The position numbers were made by a program, and so were the translations under genes. The notes under the pieces were generated by a model that did not search any database, was not told where the DNA came from, and was given only the letters and a program-made list of their open reading frames with translations. A stretch of 64,000 nt of DNA from Gemmatimonadales bacterium (GTDB lineage: Bacteria; Gemmatimonadota; Gemmatimonadetes; Gemmatimonadales; GWC2-71-9), in the NCBI GenBank assembly GCA_036394755.1, contig DASWEL010000002.1, forward strand, positions 73,166 through 137,165. The letters run 5' to 3'. Shown here piece after piece: positions 18,013 to 30,707 of the stretch (the stretch's first letter is position 1; every line of letters starts with the position of its first letter).

Positions 18013-18439
18013 GGACGATGTCGTCGACTGGCGGTGCGCCGCGCTGCGCGAAGCGCACCGTGCCGTCGCGGCCGATCACATAGACGGTACGCTGAATCCG
18101 CGCGCCGTCCTCCTTGAGCGCGTTGTACGCCCCGGCGATCGTGCGCTCCGGATCGGAGAGCAGGGGAAAGTTGAACTGCATCTTCTCGACGTAGCCGCGA
18201 TGGCTCTCGACGCTCGCGGGGTTTACGCCGAACGGCTGCATCTTTGCGGACTGGAACTTCTTGATCTCGTCGCGCACGGCGGAGAGTTGGCGGTTTCAGC
18301 CGGGGGTATTGTTGCCCGGATAGAACACCAGCGCGACCGGCCCGTCCTTCAACAGATCGCCGAGGACGTAGGTGCGGCCGTCCGACGCCTGGGCCTTGAA
18401 CGCGGGGGCTTTACTGCCGATCGGAAGCGGCTCGCTCAT
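18002..18439 (-). CDS. bcp: Bcp/PrxQ peroxiredoxin with in-frame TGA (18296-18298) at the peroxidatic Cys position; candidate selenoprotein
   Basis: Track ORFs 18296..18511 and 18002..18277 share one frame; joined product MSEPLPIGSKAPAF...VALVFYPGNNTPG[TGA]NRQLSAVRDEIKKF...FNFPLLSDP...TVYVIGRDGTV aligns with E. coli Bcp ...FYPKAMTPGCTVQACGLRD... Confidence 0.7.
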
Positions 18440-19373
18440 CCCGTTTCCTCGTTGTGAGCTCGAGGCGACGCTCGAGCGGTTCCAGCCAGGTATCGGGCAC
18501 GCGCATACCACCGAGTGGCGCGTGCGACTCCCCGTACTCGCTCTCGCCGTGCCAGTCCGACCCTCCCGTGATGCCGAGTCCCAGCCGCTCGGCGATGCGC
18601 ATCAACCGCTGCTCCACGGCGGGTGCGTGACTGGGGTGGCGGACCTCGACGCAGTCGAGTCCCTGGTCCTGAAAGATGCGGAGTTGGGCCTCGGTGCCGC
18701 GATCGCCCAGATGCGCCGCGACGGTGAGCCCACCCACGTCGTGCACGAGCGCGGTGACCTCGCCAAGCTTGGGCAGCGGCTTCTCGACGTACGCCGCCCG
18801 GCCGCGGCCCAGGTAACGGCGGAATGCGTCGCTGATGTTGTCGCACGCGCCGCAGTCGACGAGCGCTCGCGCCACGTGCGGCCGGCCCAGCGCCCCGCCG
18901 TCGCCGCCCAGGAGCTGCGCCTGGACGTCTTCCAGCTCGATCGCGACGCCGAGGTCTTGGAGCTTGGCCACGATCTGCTCGCCTCGCAGTCGGCGCGCGG
19001 CGCGCGTGTCGCGGAGAAAGGTCTGGAGACCCTCGTGCACATACGGCAGAAACAGCGCGAGGACGTGGAGCTCGCCCCACGGCGCACGCACGCTGAATTC
19101 GCAGCCCGGAATGATGCGCACGCCCAGCTTTGCGCCTTCTTGCGCGGCTTCCGCGACCCCGTCCGTCGTGTCGTGATCGGTGAGCGCGATCGCCGCCAGG
19201 TCAACCGCGCGGGCGCGGCGCGCCACCTCCTGCGGCTCGCACTCGCCGTCCGAGGCCGTCGAATGACAATGCAGGTCAATGTGCGGCGTAATCGACCTCG
19301 GGGGCGGTCCACGCCGGCTGCGATTGGCGGAACAGCTCCAGCAGCTCGCGGTCGGAGAGCTCCAGGAAGGCAC
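18411..19373 (-). CDS. PHP-domain metal-dependent phosphoesterase (TrpH/YciV-like)
   Basis: ...HIDLHCHSTASDGE...ALTDHDT... PHP ligands; true start uncertain (no canonical start codon between 19373 and the first His motif; the 5' 98 nt overlap the upstream ORF). Confidence 0.75.
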   Translation of the reverse strand: MPSWSSPTASCWSCSANRSRRGPPPRSITPHIDLHCHSTASDGECEPQEVARRARAVDLAAIALTDHDTTDGVAEAAQEGAKLGVRIIPGCEFSVRAPWGELHVLALFLPYVHEGLQTFLRDTRAARRLRGEQIVAKLQDLGVAIELEDVQAQLLGGDGGALGRPHVARALVDCGACDNISDAFRRYLGRGRAAYVEKPLPKLGEVTALVHDVGGLTVAAHLGDRGTEAQLRIFQDQGLDCVEVRHPSHAPAVEQRLMRIAERLGLGITGGSDWHGESEYGESHAPLGGMRVPDTWLEPLERRLELTTRKRDERAASDRQ

Positions 19374-19545
19374 GGTCCGGCGAGCGGGCGCCGAGCGGCG
19401 CGAAGTGCGTAACCCGACGGCGGCGCTGGGGGCCGGTGCCGTACTCGAAGATCAGGCCGAACTGATCGCGGCCGTAGACGGTCACCCGGCCCGAGGGGTA
19501 CACCTCCCAGCGCTCGCCGTCCACCTCGATGGTGCGTCGGGCCAT
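19276..19545 (-). CDS. Hypothetical protein, 89 aa
   Basis: High GC3 through the ORF including the part overlapped by the PHP track ORF; no family recognised. Confidence 0.5.
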   Translation of the reverse strand: MARRTIEVDGERWEVYPSGRVTVYGRDQFGLIFEYGTGPQRRRRVTHFAPLGARSPDRAFLELSDRELLELFRQSQPAWTAPEVDYAAH

Positions 19546-19548
19546 GGA

Positions 19549-19869
19549 TTATGCCTGCGACGTGGTGGCGACGGGAACCTCGCTCCACAACTCCCACGCG
19601 TCGGGCGCGTAGGTCGCCAGCGCCTGGAGGCGCTTCTCGAGCTTGATCTCTTCCGGTAGCCGCGAGGCCTGAGCGCGGTGCGACATCTCGGTCGGGCTCT
19701 CGGAGAACTCGATGAACAGCCGCGGATCCTTCGCGTTCCGGTACAACCAGATCCGCTGGCCGCGCGCTTCGGCGAACTGACTCAGCTCGCGCAGCGTGTT
19801 GACGTACTCCGTCTCGTTCTGGCTAGGCACGCGCACACGCGCGGCGGTCAGCACTTTCGGCATCTTCAC
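19549..19869 (-). CDS. Hypothetical protein, 106 aa
   Basis: GTG start overlaps E2 stop (GTGA); no family recognised. Confidence 0.55.
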   Translation of the reverse strand: MKMPKVLTAARVRVPSQNETEYVNTLRELSQFAEARGQRIWLYRNAKDPRLFIEFSESPTEMSHRAQASRLPEEIKLEKRLQALATYAPDAWELWSEVPVATTSQA

Positions 19870-21197
19870 ACCGCTCCCTCGGGAAACTCCTGCAACAGTT
19901 TCTTGACGTCGGCCAAGAACTTGTCGGCGTCCGCGCCGTCCACAACGCGATGATCGTAGGACATCGTGAGCATCCCCATCGTGCGGATCGCGATGGAATC
20001 CGTGCCGTCGGCGGCGGTCACGACCTTCGGGCGTTTCTCGATCGCGCCGACGCCGAGAATCGCCACCTGCGGCTGGTTGATGATGGGAATGCCGGCGAAC
20101 GGCCCGAAACCGCCGGGATTGGTGATCGTGAACGTGCCGCGCTGAATGTCGTCGGGCAACAGCTTCTTGGTGCGGGCGCGCTCCCCGAGATCATTGATGG
20201 CGCGCGCGATGCCGATCAGCGACAGCTCGTCGGCGTGCTTGATCACCGGCACGATGAGACCCCAGTCGAGCGCCACCGCGATCCCGACGTTGACGTCCGC
20301 ACGATAGATCGTGCTGTCGCCGGACACGGCGGCATTGACGATGGGATGCTTTCGCAGATTCTCGGCACACGCCTTCGCGATGAACGCGAGGAACGTGAGG
20401 GTCACGCCCCGCTCGGCATAGGACTGCTTCGCTTTGGCGCGGAACTGTGCGACGCGCGTGAAATCGACCTCGAAGAAGCTTGCGACGTGCGCGGACACGC
20501 GCTTCGACATCACCATGTGGTCGGCGGTGATCTTGCGGATCTTGGACCACGGCTCGACGCGGTCGCCCGGCCAGGGCTCGACGGTCGGATGCTCGACGGC
20601 GCCGGCAGGGCTTGGGGCTTGGGGCCTCGGGGTTGGGGCGGTCGGTGCACGTTCGATGTAGCCCAAAATGTCCTGCTTCGTCACACGACCGGCGTACCCA
20701 CTGCCGGGGATGCGTGAGATGTCGACGCTATGCTCGGCGGCGATTTTCCGGACCAGTGGCGTGGACTTCGTGCGGAGGCGTTGCTCGGCCGTCTGCACGT
20801 CACCACCATCACCGTCGGCCGGACGGCCCGACGGCCGGACGGCCGGCGCGGCAGCGGCCTTCGCCGGCTCAGCCTTGGGAGCCGGAGGCGCCGAAGGCGG
20901 CGGTGCCGCGGCCTTCGGTGGCTCCGGTTTCGCGGGCGCCGGGACCGCCGCCCCGGCTTCCGTTTCCAAGACCCCGACGACCGTCTGCACGGGTACGGTT
21001 TGCCCTTGCTGCACTTTGATCTCCGCGAGGACGCCGGCGGCCGGTGCCGGGATTTCGGCATCGACCTTGTCGGTCGAGATCTCGAACAGCGGCTCGTCCC
21101 GCTTGACGGGGTCGCCGACCTTCTTGAGCCATTTGCTCAACGTGCCTTCGGCGATGGACTCGCCCATCTGGGGCATGAGTACGTCTACGCGTGCCAT
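19866..21197 (-). CDS. 2-oxo-acid dehydrogenase E2 (dihydrolipoamide acyltransferase)
   Basis: Lipoyl domain ...LFEISTDKVDAEIPAP..., Ala/Pro linker, E3-binding segment, catalytic ...MSYDHRVVDGA... Confidence 0.9.
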   Translation of the reverse strand: MARVDVLMPQMGESIAEGTLSKWLKKVGDPVKRDEPLFEISTDKVDAEIPAPAAGVLAEIKVQQGQTVPVQTVVGVLETEAGAAVPAPAKPEPPKAAAPPPSAPPAPKAEPAKAAAAPAVRPSGRPADGDGGDVQTAEQRLRTKSTPLVRKIAAEHSVDISRIPGSGYAGRVTKQDILGYIERAPTAPTPRPQAPSPAGAVEHPTVEPWPGDRVEPWSKIRKITADHMVMSKRVSAHVASFFEVDFTRVAQFRAKAKQSYAERGVTLTFLAFIAKACAENLRKHPIVNAAVSGDSTIYRADVNVGIAVALDWGLIVPVIKHADELSLIGIARAINDLGERARTKKLLPDDIQRGTFTITNPGGFGPFAGIPIINQPQVAILGVGAIEKRPKVVTAADGTDSIAIRTMGMLTMSYDHRVVDGADADKFLADVKKLLQEFPEGAV

Positions 21198-21207
21198 TGG
21201 ATCTCCG

Positions 21208-22191
21208 TCAGTACGCCGCCAACCAGCGGGCGGCTTTCACGATGTCTTCCGTCTGCGGCAACACGAAGTCCTCGAGCGTCGGCGCATACGGCAGCGGCAC
21301 GTCGTGCGCGGTGACGCGCATGATCGGGCCGTCGAGCCATTCGAACGCCTGCTCGTTGATCCGCGCCGCGATCTCCCCCGCGATCCCACCGGTCCGCGTG
21401 TCTTCGTGCACGATGAGGACCTTGTTCGTCTTCTTCACGGTCGCGACGATCGCGGCGTCGTCCATCGGCAGCAGGGTCCGGAGGTCCAGCACTTCGACCG
21501 ACACGCCGTCCACCTTCTCGAGCTGCTCGGCCGCCTCGAGCGATTTCCAGAGCGTGGCCCCGTAGCTAATGATGGAAAGATGCTTCCCTTCGCGCGCCGT
21601 GCGCGCCCGCCCGATCGGCGTGAGAATCTCCTCACCCTCCGGCAGCTGCTCCTTGATGCGCCGGTACAGCCATTTGTGCTCGAGATAGAGCACCGGATCC
21701 TCGTCGCGAATCGACGCTTTGATGAGACCTTTCGCGTCCCGCGCGGTTGCCGGATAGACGATCTTCAGACCGGGCGTGTGAAGGAATGCCGCTTCGGGAT
21801 TCTGTGAATGGAACGGCCCGCCGCGAACGTAACCGCCGCAGGGGCCGCGCACCACCATCGGCGTCGACAGCCCGGCACGGTAACGCGCCGTGGCCACGTA
21901 GTTGGTGAGCATATCGTACGCGCACGAAATGAAGTCGATGAACTGCATCTCGGCGACCGGCCGCAGCCCCATGTGCGCCGCCCCCGCGGCCGCTCCCACG
22001 ATCGCGGCCTCGGAGATCGGCGTGTCGATCACGCGGGACGCGCCGAAACGCTTGCTGAAGCCGTCGGTCACCTTGAACGCGCCGCCGTACAACCCGACAT
22101 CCTCGCCGAGGATGAAGACGCGCTCGTCACGCTCCATCTCTTCCCAGAGACCCTGGCGCAACGCTTCGAGAAAAGTGACTTCGGCCATCAC
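21208..22191 (-). CDS. 2-oxo-acid dehydrogenase E1 beta subunit
   Basis: 327 aa; ...VFILGEDVGLYGGAFKVT...VIDTPISEAAIVGAA... transketolase-like pyrimidine-binding domain. Confidence 0.9.
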   Translation of the reverse strand: MMAEVTFLEALRQGLWEEMERDERVFILGEDVGLYGGAFKVTDGFSKRFGASRVIDTPISEAAIVGAAAGAAHMGLRPVAEMQFIDFISCAYDMLTNYVATARYRAGLSTPMVVRGPCGGYVRGGPFHSQNPEAAFLHTPGLKIVYPATARDAKGLIKASIRDEDPVLYLEHKWLYRRIKEQLPEGEEILTPIGRARTAREGKHLSIISYGATLWKSLEAAEQLEKVDGVSVEVLDLRTLLPMDDAAIVATVKKTNKVLIVHEDTRTGGIAGEIAARINEQAFEWLDGPIMRVTAHDVPLPYAPTLEDFVLPQTEDIVKAARWLAAY

Positions 22192-23243
22192 AACCCTTTG
22201 AACCAGAGCTTGTCAGCAGCCGGCGGATCGACGTAGACGCCGGGCAACGCGCTCTCGGCCAGCGGCAACGGCTCATCCACACACGCGTCCGTCGCCTGAT
22301 CCACTTCGACGCGCACGCGATCGTCGATGTCCTTCAGATCCGTCTCGGCGACCATGTCAGCGGCGAGCAGACGCTGCACGTAGCGATCGACGGGATCGTT
22401 CGCCTTCGCCCACTGCTCCAGCTCACCCTGCGGCACGTAGTGCTGATCGTCGTGCTCGGCGTGACCCTTGCGGCGATAGGTCTTCACCTCGACGAAGTGC
22501 ACCCCTTTGCCGCGGCGGGCACGCTCCACCGCAACCCGCGTCGCTTCGTAGACCGCGAACACGTCGTTGCCGTCCACCATCACCGACGGGACGCCATATC
22601 CCTTGGCCTTCTCAGCGAGGTCCTTCACGGCGAACTGCTTCGCGGGCGGCGTGGAGTACGCCCAATGGTTGTACTCGCCGATCACGACGAGCGGGAGCCG
22701 CTGGACGGCGGCGAGGTTCAGGCCCTCATGAAAGGTGCCGGTCGACGTGCCGCCGTCGCCGATGTACACGAGCCCGACGCGCGGCTCGGCGCGCAGCTTG
22801 AAGCTCAGCGCGATCCCCGCCATCACCGGGATCATGTCGCCCAGGTGCGAGATCTGGCCGAGGTAGCCCTTCTCGAGGTCGTTGAAATGGACGTTCAGCT
22901 CGCGGCCGCGGGTGGGGCTGTCGGCCTTGGCCATGTACTGCCGCAAGATCTCGACCGGCCGGGCTCCCATCACGAGCAGCGACCCGAGGTTGCGGATGAG
23001 CGGCGACAGTACGTCCTTGTGCCGGCCGCGCTCCAGCGCATACGCCGAGGCGACAGATTCCCCCTCTTGCCCCAGCGAACGGAACAGCCCGCCGATGACC
23101 TTGGTCTGGCGGTACAGCGCCACCAGGCGCTCTTCCAGCGTCCGGGTCAGCCGAAGATAGTAGTAGATCTCGAGAAGCTGGTCCGACGAGAGCACCGCCC
23201 CGGCGGGGATGGCGCCAGTCGGGCGCGTCGCAGGAAGAGCCAT
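22188..23243 (-). CDS. 2-oxo-acid dehydrogenase E1 alpha subunit (TPP-dependent)
   Basis: 351 aa; TPP motif ...YIGDGGTSTGTFHEGLNLAA...IGEYNHWAYSTP... Confidence 0.9.
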   Translation of the reverse strand: MALPATRPTGAIPAGAVLSSDQLLEIYYYLRLTRTLEERLVALYRQTKVIGGLFRSLGQEGESVASAYALERGRHKDVLSPLIRNLGSLLVMGARPVEILRQYMAKADSPTRGRELNVHFNDLEKGYLGQISHLGDMIPVMAGIALSFKLRAEPRVGLVYIGDGGTSTGTFHEGLNLAAVQRLPLVVIGEYNHWAYSTPPAKQFAVKDLAEKAKGYGVPSVMVDGNDVFAVYEATRVAVERARRGKGVHFVEVKTYRRKGHAEHDDQHYVPQGELEQWAKANDPVDRYVQRLLAADMVAETDLKDIDDRVRVEVDQATDACVDEPLPLAESALPGVYVDPPAADKLWFKGL

Positions 23244-23251
23244 GGCCCTAA

Positions 23252-23257
23252 ATTATA
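23252..23257 (-). promoter_or_regulatory. Perfect TATAAT -10 box 8 nt upstream of the E1-alpha ATG (possible leaderless transcript)
   Basis: Forward ATTATA (23252-23257) is TATAAT on the minus strand; spacer ttagggcc; ATG at 23243; no usable SD; overlaps TATAGT (23254-23259) facing copZ. Confidence 0.35.
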
Positions 23258-23274
23258 GTTGGGAGGGAAGAGCC

Positions 23275-23490
23275 ATGGCGAACGTGAAGCTGCGCGTGAC
23301 GGGAATGACCTGCGGCCACTGTCAGGCCAAGGTCGAGAAAGCGCTGAAGGGGGTGGTCGGTGTCTATAGCGCCGTCATCGACCTGCCCGACGGAGAAGCG
23401 GAAGTGGATTTCGATGATGACTCGGTGACGACGGATCAGCTCGTGGCGGCCGTCACGAAAGCCGGCTACGGCGCGAAGGTCGCGGGCTAG
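23275..23490 (+). CDS. copZ: Copper chaperone, HMA domain
   Basis: MANVKLRVTGMTCGHCQAKVEKAL...; GGGAGGG SD upstream of ATG 23275. Confidence 0.85.
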   Translation: MANVKLRVTGMTCGHCQAKVEKALKGVVGVYSAVIDLPDGEAEVDFDDDSVTTDQLVAAVTKAGYGAKVAG

Positions 23491-23777
23491 TACGCGCCCC
23501 GCATGACGTGCGTCGGCTCGACGAGCCGGTGCACCTCCGCAAGAAACCGCTTGGCGAGCTTGTCGAGCTCCGACTCTCCCACCTGATCAGTCGCCACCTC
23601 GACGAAGGTGTAATGCCCACCCTCGGGCCGAGCGCTGATCGTGATGCGGCCCAGCGTCCCCTGGTAGGCCCGGCGGCGCGGCGATTCCTCCGCCGGCGCG
23701 AGCCGCCCGCCGAAAAAGCTCTTGGCGACGTCGAGCACCGCTTCGGGGCTCGCGCTAGTTCTGTGGAAGTATCGCAT
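23487..23777 (-). CDS. Hypothetical protein, 96 aa, last gene of the copA unit
   Basis: Start overlaps the copA 3' end by 23 nt; stop overlaps the copZ stop (CTAG); no metal motif seen. Confidence 0.5.
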   Translation of the reverse strand: MRYFHRTSASPEAVLDVAKSFFGGRLAPAEESPRRRAYQGTLGRITISARPEGGHYTFVEVATDQVGESELDKLAKRFLAEVHRLVEPTHVMRGAY

Positions 23778-26376
23778 GCGTTGCCGCTCCCGGCGTTTTG
23801 AACGCCCGCAAGGTGAGGCTGTTGAGCACCACCGACAGACTCGACCACGCCATCGCGGCGCTCGCGAGCACCGGTGAGAGCAGCCATCCTGTCACGGGAT
23901 AGAGTATACCAGCGGCGACCGGAATCAGCAGCACGTTGTAACCAAATGCCCAGATCAGGTTCCAGCGAATCGTCCGCATCGTCCGGCGCGCGAGCTCGAT
24001 CGCCGTAAACACGGCGCGTAAGTCGCCGCGGATCAGCGTCACGTCGGACGCCTCCATCGCGATGTCGGTTCCCGTGCCGATCGCGATGCCGACATTCGCC
24101 TGGGCCAGCGCCGGCGCGTCGTTGATGCCGTCGCCCACCATGACGATGTGACCGCCCCCCGCCTTGCTCGCCTGGCGCTGCAACTTCTTCACGAGGTCCG
24201 CCTTCTGCGAGGGCAACACCTCGGCGAGAACGTCCTCGATCCCCACCTCCGCCGCAACTGCTTCGGCACCTTTGCGCGAATCGCCCGAGACCATGACGAC
24301 GGGAATCCCGCGTCGCTTCAACAGCTCGATCGCCGTCTTGGAGGTGGGCTTGATCGGATCGGAAATCGCGATGACGGCGTAGACCGTGTTGTTCACGACA
24401 CAAATCACCGGCGAGCGGCCCTGGGCTGCCAGGCGATCGGCGTCCGCGCCCAACGAGCCAAGCTCGAGGCTGCGCTCGCGCGCGTGCCGCAGCGAGATCA
24501 CTTCGATGATCCGCCGATCGACTGTGCCGCGCACACCGCGTCCTTCCATGGCGGCGAATTTCTCCACGGGCAGGAGCGAGACCTGTTTGTCCTGCGCGGC
24601 CTTGAGCACGGCGAGGGCGAGCGGATGCTCCGAGCGCTGCTCGACGGACGCCGCCCATTTGAGGACATCGGCAGGGCTGATCGGCGTGCCGTCCGGCTTT
24701 TTCGCGGTCACGATGTGGGTCACGGTCGGTTTGCCTTCCGTGATCGTACCGGTCTTGTCGAGCAGCACGGTACGCGCGTTGGCGAGCCGTTCCAGCGCCT
24801 CGCCGCTCTTGATGAGGATTCCGTACTCGGCCGCCTTGCCGGTACCCACCAGAATCGCCGTCGGCGTGGCGAGGCCCAGGGCGCAGGGACAGGCGATGAT
24901 CAGCACCGAGACGAACGCCACGGTCGCGAAGACCAGGGCTCGGGCTTGGGGACTCGGGCCTAGATCAAACCACGCCACGAAGGCAACGATCGCGAGCGCG
25001 ATCACGATCGGCACAAACACCCCCGCGACGCGGTCGGCGAGTTTCTGAATCGGGGCTTTGGTGGCCTGCGCGTCTTCGACGAGCTGCACGATCTGACCCA
25101 GCGCGGTCTCCTTGCCGACGCGCGTCGCCCGAAACGTGATGCTGCCGGTCGTGTTCAGCGTGCCGCCCATGACTTCGTCGCCCGGCTTCTTACCGACGGG
25201 CATCGGTTCGCCGGTGAGCATCGCTTCGTTCACGGCCGAGCCGCCTTCGGTCACGATCCCGTCGACCGGCACCTTTTCGCCCGGCTTGACGATGACCAGG
25301 TCTCCAACCACGACCGCTTCGACTGGAACGTCGGTTTCCTGGCGATCACGGATGACGTGCGCCGATTTCGCGCGCAAGGTGGCGAGACGGCGAATCGCTT
25401 CGGACGTGCGGCCTTTGGCACGCGCTTCGAGTAGCCGGCCCAGCAGCACCAGCGCGATGATCGCGGCCACCGCCTCGTAGTAGACGTCGGCCGGAAGCCC
25501 GGCCCGCAGAAAGAGCGTGGGCGCCGCGGTCGCCACCAGCGAGTAGAGGTAGGCCGCTCCAGTTCCGACACCGATGAGCGTGTTCATATCCGCGGTGCGA
25601 TGCCGCAGCCCGCTCCAGGTGCCTCTGTAGAATTGCTGGCCCGACCAGGCGACGACGGGCAGCGTGACGATGGCGAGTCCCCATTTGACCCAGTCGAGAT
25701 CGAGCACCCACCCCTGCCCCGCGATCCAGTCGCGCAGGCGGATCGCCAACGGCATGAGCAGACGACCCAGCAGGTCCACCTGCTTCATCGTGCCGTTGTC
25801 GCCCATGGGCCGATCGGCCATCAGCAGCATCGAACCGATCATCGCGACGATCGTCGTCGCCGCCGCCGCGACGAACTTCCAGGTGAGCGTCCGGATCTCG
25901 CGCCTGCGCGCGATGCGCTCGCGCTCGAGCGGATCCTCGGCCGCGATCGGCGCGGTCACCTGCAGGCCTGCCGCGACCACCGCCTTCTCGAGATCTTCCG
26001 CACTCACGACGCCGGGGATGTAGTCGACGGTCGCCGTCTCGGTCGCCTGATTGGCCACGGCCCGGATGACGCCGTTGACCCTGGACAGCGACTGCTCGAG
26101 CGACGCGACGCTGGGTACGTAGTGCAGGTCGACGATTCCGAAGGAGACGGTGGCCTTGCCGCAGTTGTAGCCCGCGTCGCGCACCGTCTTGATGAGCTGC
26201 CCGACGTTCGTCTGCGCGGCGTCGTATTCGATCGCCGCCTTGTTCGTGGCATAGTTGACGCCGGCGGAGGTGACGCCGGTCGCGCCCGCCAGCGCCTCCT
26301 GGACCGTGGCGGCGCAGCTGGCGCAGGTCATTCCTTCGATCGGCAAGATGATCCGGCTCTTACTCATGGCGGGCAT
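23755..26376 (-). CDS. copA: Copper-translocating P1B-type ATPase
   Basis: [11 protein letters not shown] plus a second, degenerate HMA-like domain; ACPCALG (CPC), [15 protein letters not shown]. Confidence 0.95.
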   Translation of the reverse strand: MPAMSKSRIILPIEGMTCASCAATVQEALAGATGVTSAGVNYATNKAAIEYDAAQTNVGQLIKTVRDAGYNCGKATVSFGIVDLHYVPSVASLEQSLSRVNGVIRAVANQATETATVDYIPGVVSAEDLEKAVVAAGLQVTAPIAAEDPLERERIARRREIRTLTWKFVAAAATTIVAMIGSMLLMADRPMGDNGTMKQVDLLGRLLMPLAIRLRDWIAGQGWVLDLDWVKWGLAIVTLPVVAWSGQQFYRGTWSGLRHRTADMNTLIGVGTGAAYLYSLVATAAPTLFLRAGLPADVYYEAVAAIIALVLLGRLLEARAKGRTSEAIRRLATLRAKSAHVIRDRQETDVPVEAVVVGDLVIVKPGEKVPVDGIVTEGGSAVNEAMLTGEPMPVGKKPGDEVMGGTLNTTGSITFRATRVGKETALGQIVQLVEDAQATKAPIQKLADRVAGVFVPIVIALAIVAFVAWFDLGPSPQARALVFATVAFVSVLIIACPCALGLATPTAILVGTGKAAEYGILIKSGEALERLANARTVLLDKTGTITEGKPTVTHIVTAKKPDGTPISPADVLKWAASVEQRSEHPLALAVLKAAQDKQVSLLPVEKFAAMEGRGVRGTVDRRIIEVISLRHARERSLELGSLGADADRLAAQGRSPVICVVNNTVYAVIAISDPIKPTSKTAIELLKRRGIPVVMVSGDSRKGAEAVAAEVGIEDVLAEVLPSQKADLVKKLQRQASKAGGGHIVMVGDGINDAPALAQANVGIAIGTGTDIAMEASDVTLIRGDLRAVFTAIELARRTMRTIRWNLIWAFGYNVLLIPVAAGILYPVTGWLLSPVLASAAMAWSSLSVVLNSLTLRAFKTPGAATHAILPQN

Positions 26377-26797
26377 CGTGGAATTTGTGCGGCGATGAGG
26401 CCGCGCGGCGCTCGCCGGACGGCTCCACCACGAGCAGCCCTTTGAGCATGTTCATGCCGCAGCGAAACGGATATTCGCCGGGCTGCTCGGGGGTGAATTC
26501 GACCGTCGTCGTCTGAAATGCCGGCAGCTGCTGATCGATCCCGAAGCGCTCGAACACCACGCGCTCGGAACAGTCGGCCGTCTCGTCCCGGTAGAATTGG
26601 AGCCGGACCGGCTTTCCGGCCTGGACGACGATCGTGTCGGGCGTGTAGCCGCCTTTTACGGTGACGTGGACTTCCTGCACGCCGCTCGCGCCGGCGGTCG
26701 CGGCCACCGGTGTGCCGCGCGAAAAGAGGAAGTACCACAGCACCCAGCCGATGGCGACGGCGCCGAGCGCCGTGACGGCGATCTGGGTGGACGTCAC
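26360..26797 (-). CDS. Membrane-anchored cupredoxin-like protein
   Basis: N-terminal TM helix, then a beta domain ending ...[14 protein letters not shown]; GTG start. Confidence 0.75.
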   Translation of the reverse strand: MTSTQIAVTALGAVAIGWVLWYFLFSRGTPVAATAGASGVQEVHVTVKGGYTPDTIVVQAGKPVRLQFYRDETADCSERVVFERFGIDQQLPAFQTTTVEFTPEQPGEYPFRCGMNMLKGLLVVEPSGERRAASSPHKFHDARHE

Positions 26798-26807
26798 GGA
26801 TCCCTCG

Positions 26808-29300
<2,493 letters not shown>

Positions 29301-29345
29301 CTGTCTCCTGGGTCTGGCTGGTCGTGAGGCAGGGGAGCGCGAGTC

Positions 29346-30707
29346 CTACTTCTCCGCGTATTCGTAGTACTCGATGCCGAGGTGCGTGATCTGCTCCTCA
29401 CCCATCAGCCAACGCAGCGTGTTCTTGAGCTTGGTCTGCTGGATGAAGAGATCGTGCTCGGCGTAGAGGCCGGCGGCGAATTGCGGGCTCTTGAAATAGA
29501 ATGAGAGCCATTCCTGAATGCCCGAGAGTCCCGCACGGCCGGCGAGGTCGAAGAACAGCGCGAGGTCGAGCACGATCGGCGCGGCGAGGATCGAGTCGCG
29601 GCACAGGAAGTCGACCTTGATCTGCATCGGATAGCCGAGCCATCCGAAGATGTCGATGTTGTCCCACCCTTCCTTATTATCACCGCGGGGTGGGTAGTAG
29701 TTGATCCGTACCTTGTGATAGACCTTGCCGTAGAGCTCGGGATAGAGGTCGGGCTGGAGAATGTGCTCGAGCAATCCGAGCTTGGACTCCTCCTTGGTCT
29801 TGAACGACTCCGGGTCATCCAGCACTTCGCCGTCACGATTGCCGAGAATGTTGGTGGAATACCATCCCGACAGGCCGAGCATGCGCGCCTTGAACGCCGG
29901 CGCGAGGACGCTCTTCATCATGGTCTGACCGGTCTTGAAGTCCTTGCCGCCGATCGGCACGTGGCGCTCTTCCGCCAGCCGCTCCATCACGGGGAGGTCG
30001 ACGGTCAGATTGGGCGCGCCGTTCGCGAACGGCACATTCTCCAACAGCGCGGCATACGCGTAGAGCATGGACGGGGCGATCGACTGGTCATTCTGCTCCA
30101 TCGCCTTCTCGAAGGCGGCCAGCGACTGATGCGCCGGGCCGGGCGTGAGAAACACCTCCGTCGAGGCACACCACACCACGACGAGGCGATCGAGTCCCGC
30201 GCTGTTCTTGAAGTTCCGCATGTCCTCCCGCAGCTGCTCCGCGAGCTCCCGCTTGTTCTTGCCGCGCTTGACGTTCGTCCCGTGCAGCCGCTTGACGTAG
30301 TACTGATCGAAGACGGCAGGCATCGGTTTGATGTTCTGCAGGAAGTCCTTGATCGGCTCGAGGTGCTCGTGCTTGTCGAGCACGCCGGCTTTCACCGCCG
30401 CGGTGTACGCGTCATCGGGAATGGGGTCCCAGGCCGCGAACACGAGATCCTTCAGATCGGCGAGCGGCACGAACTCCTTGATCTTCGGCGCGCGCTTCTC
30501 GGTCCGCTTGCCGAGCCGGATGGTCGCCATCTGGCTGAGCGAGCCGATCGGGAGGGCTCGACCCCGCCGCACGTTTTCGACGCCGGCGATGAACGTGGTG
30601 GAGACGGCGCCAAGGCCGACCAGCATCACGCCCAGTTTCCCCTTCGCGGGCGCGATCTCCCGTGCGCCTCCCGTGACGACCGCCGTCCCCGTTTGCTCCC
30701 GTGCCAT
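29346..30707 (-). CDS. ino1: myo-inositol-1-phosphate (inositol-3-phosphate) synthase
   Basis: ...LGVMLVGLGAVSTTFIAG...NILGNRDGEVLDDPESFKTKEESK...WDNIDIFGWLGYPMQIKVDFLCRDSILAAP...; ATG 30705-30707 overlaps upstream stop (TGATG). Confidence 0.9.
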   Translation of the reverse strand: MAREQTGTAVVTGGAREIAPAKGKLGVMLVGLGAVSTTFIAGVENVRRGRALPIGSLSQMATIRLGKRTEKRAPKIKEFVPLADLKDLVFAAWDPIPDDAYTAAVKAGVLDKHEHLEPIKDFLQNIKPMPAVFDQYYVKRLHGTNVKRGKNKRELAEQLREDMRNFKNSAGLDRLVVVWCASTEVFLTPGPAHQSLAAFEKAMEQNDQSIAPSMLYAYAALLENVPFANGAPNLTVDLPVMERLAEERHVPIGGKDFKTGQTMMKSVLAPAFKARMLGLSGWYSTNILGNRDGEVLDDPESFKTKEESKLGLLEHILQPDLYPELYGKVYHKVRINYYPPRGDNKEGWDNIDIFGWLGYPMQIKVDFLCRDSILAAPIVLDLALFFDLAGRAGLSGIQEWLSFYFKSPQFAAGLYAEHDLFIQQTKLKNTLRWLMGEEQITHLGIEYYEYAEK

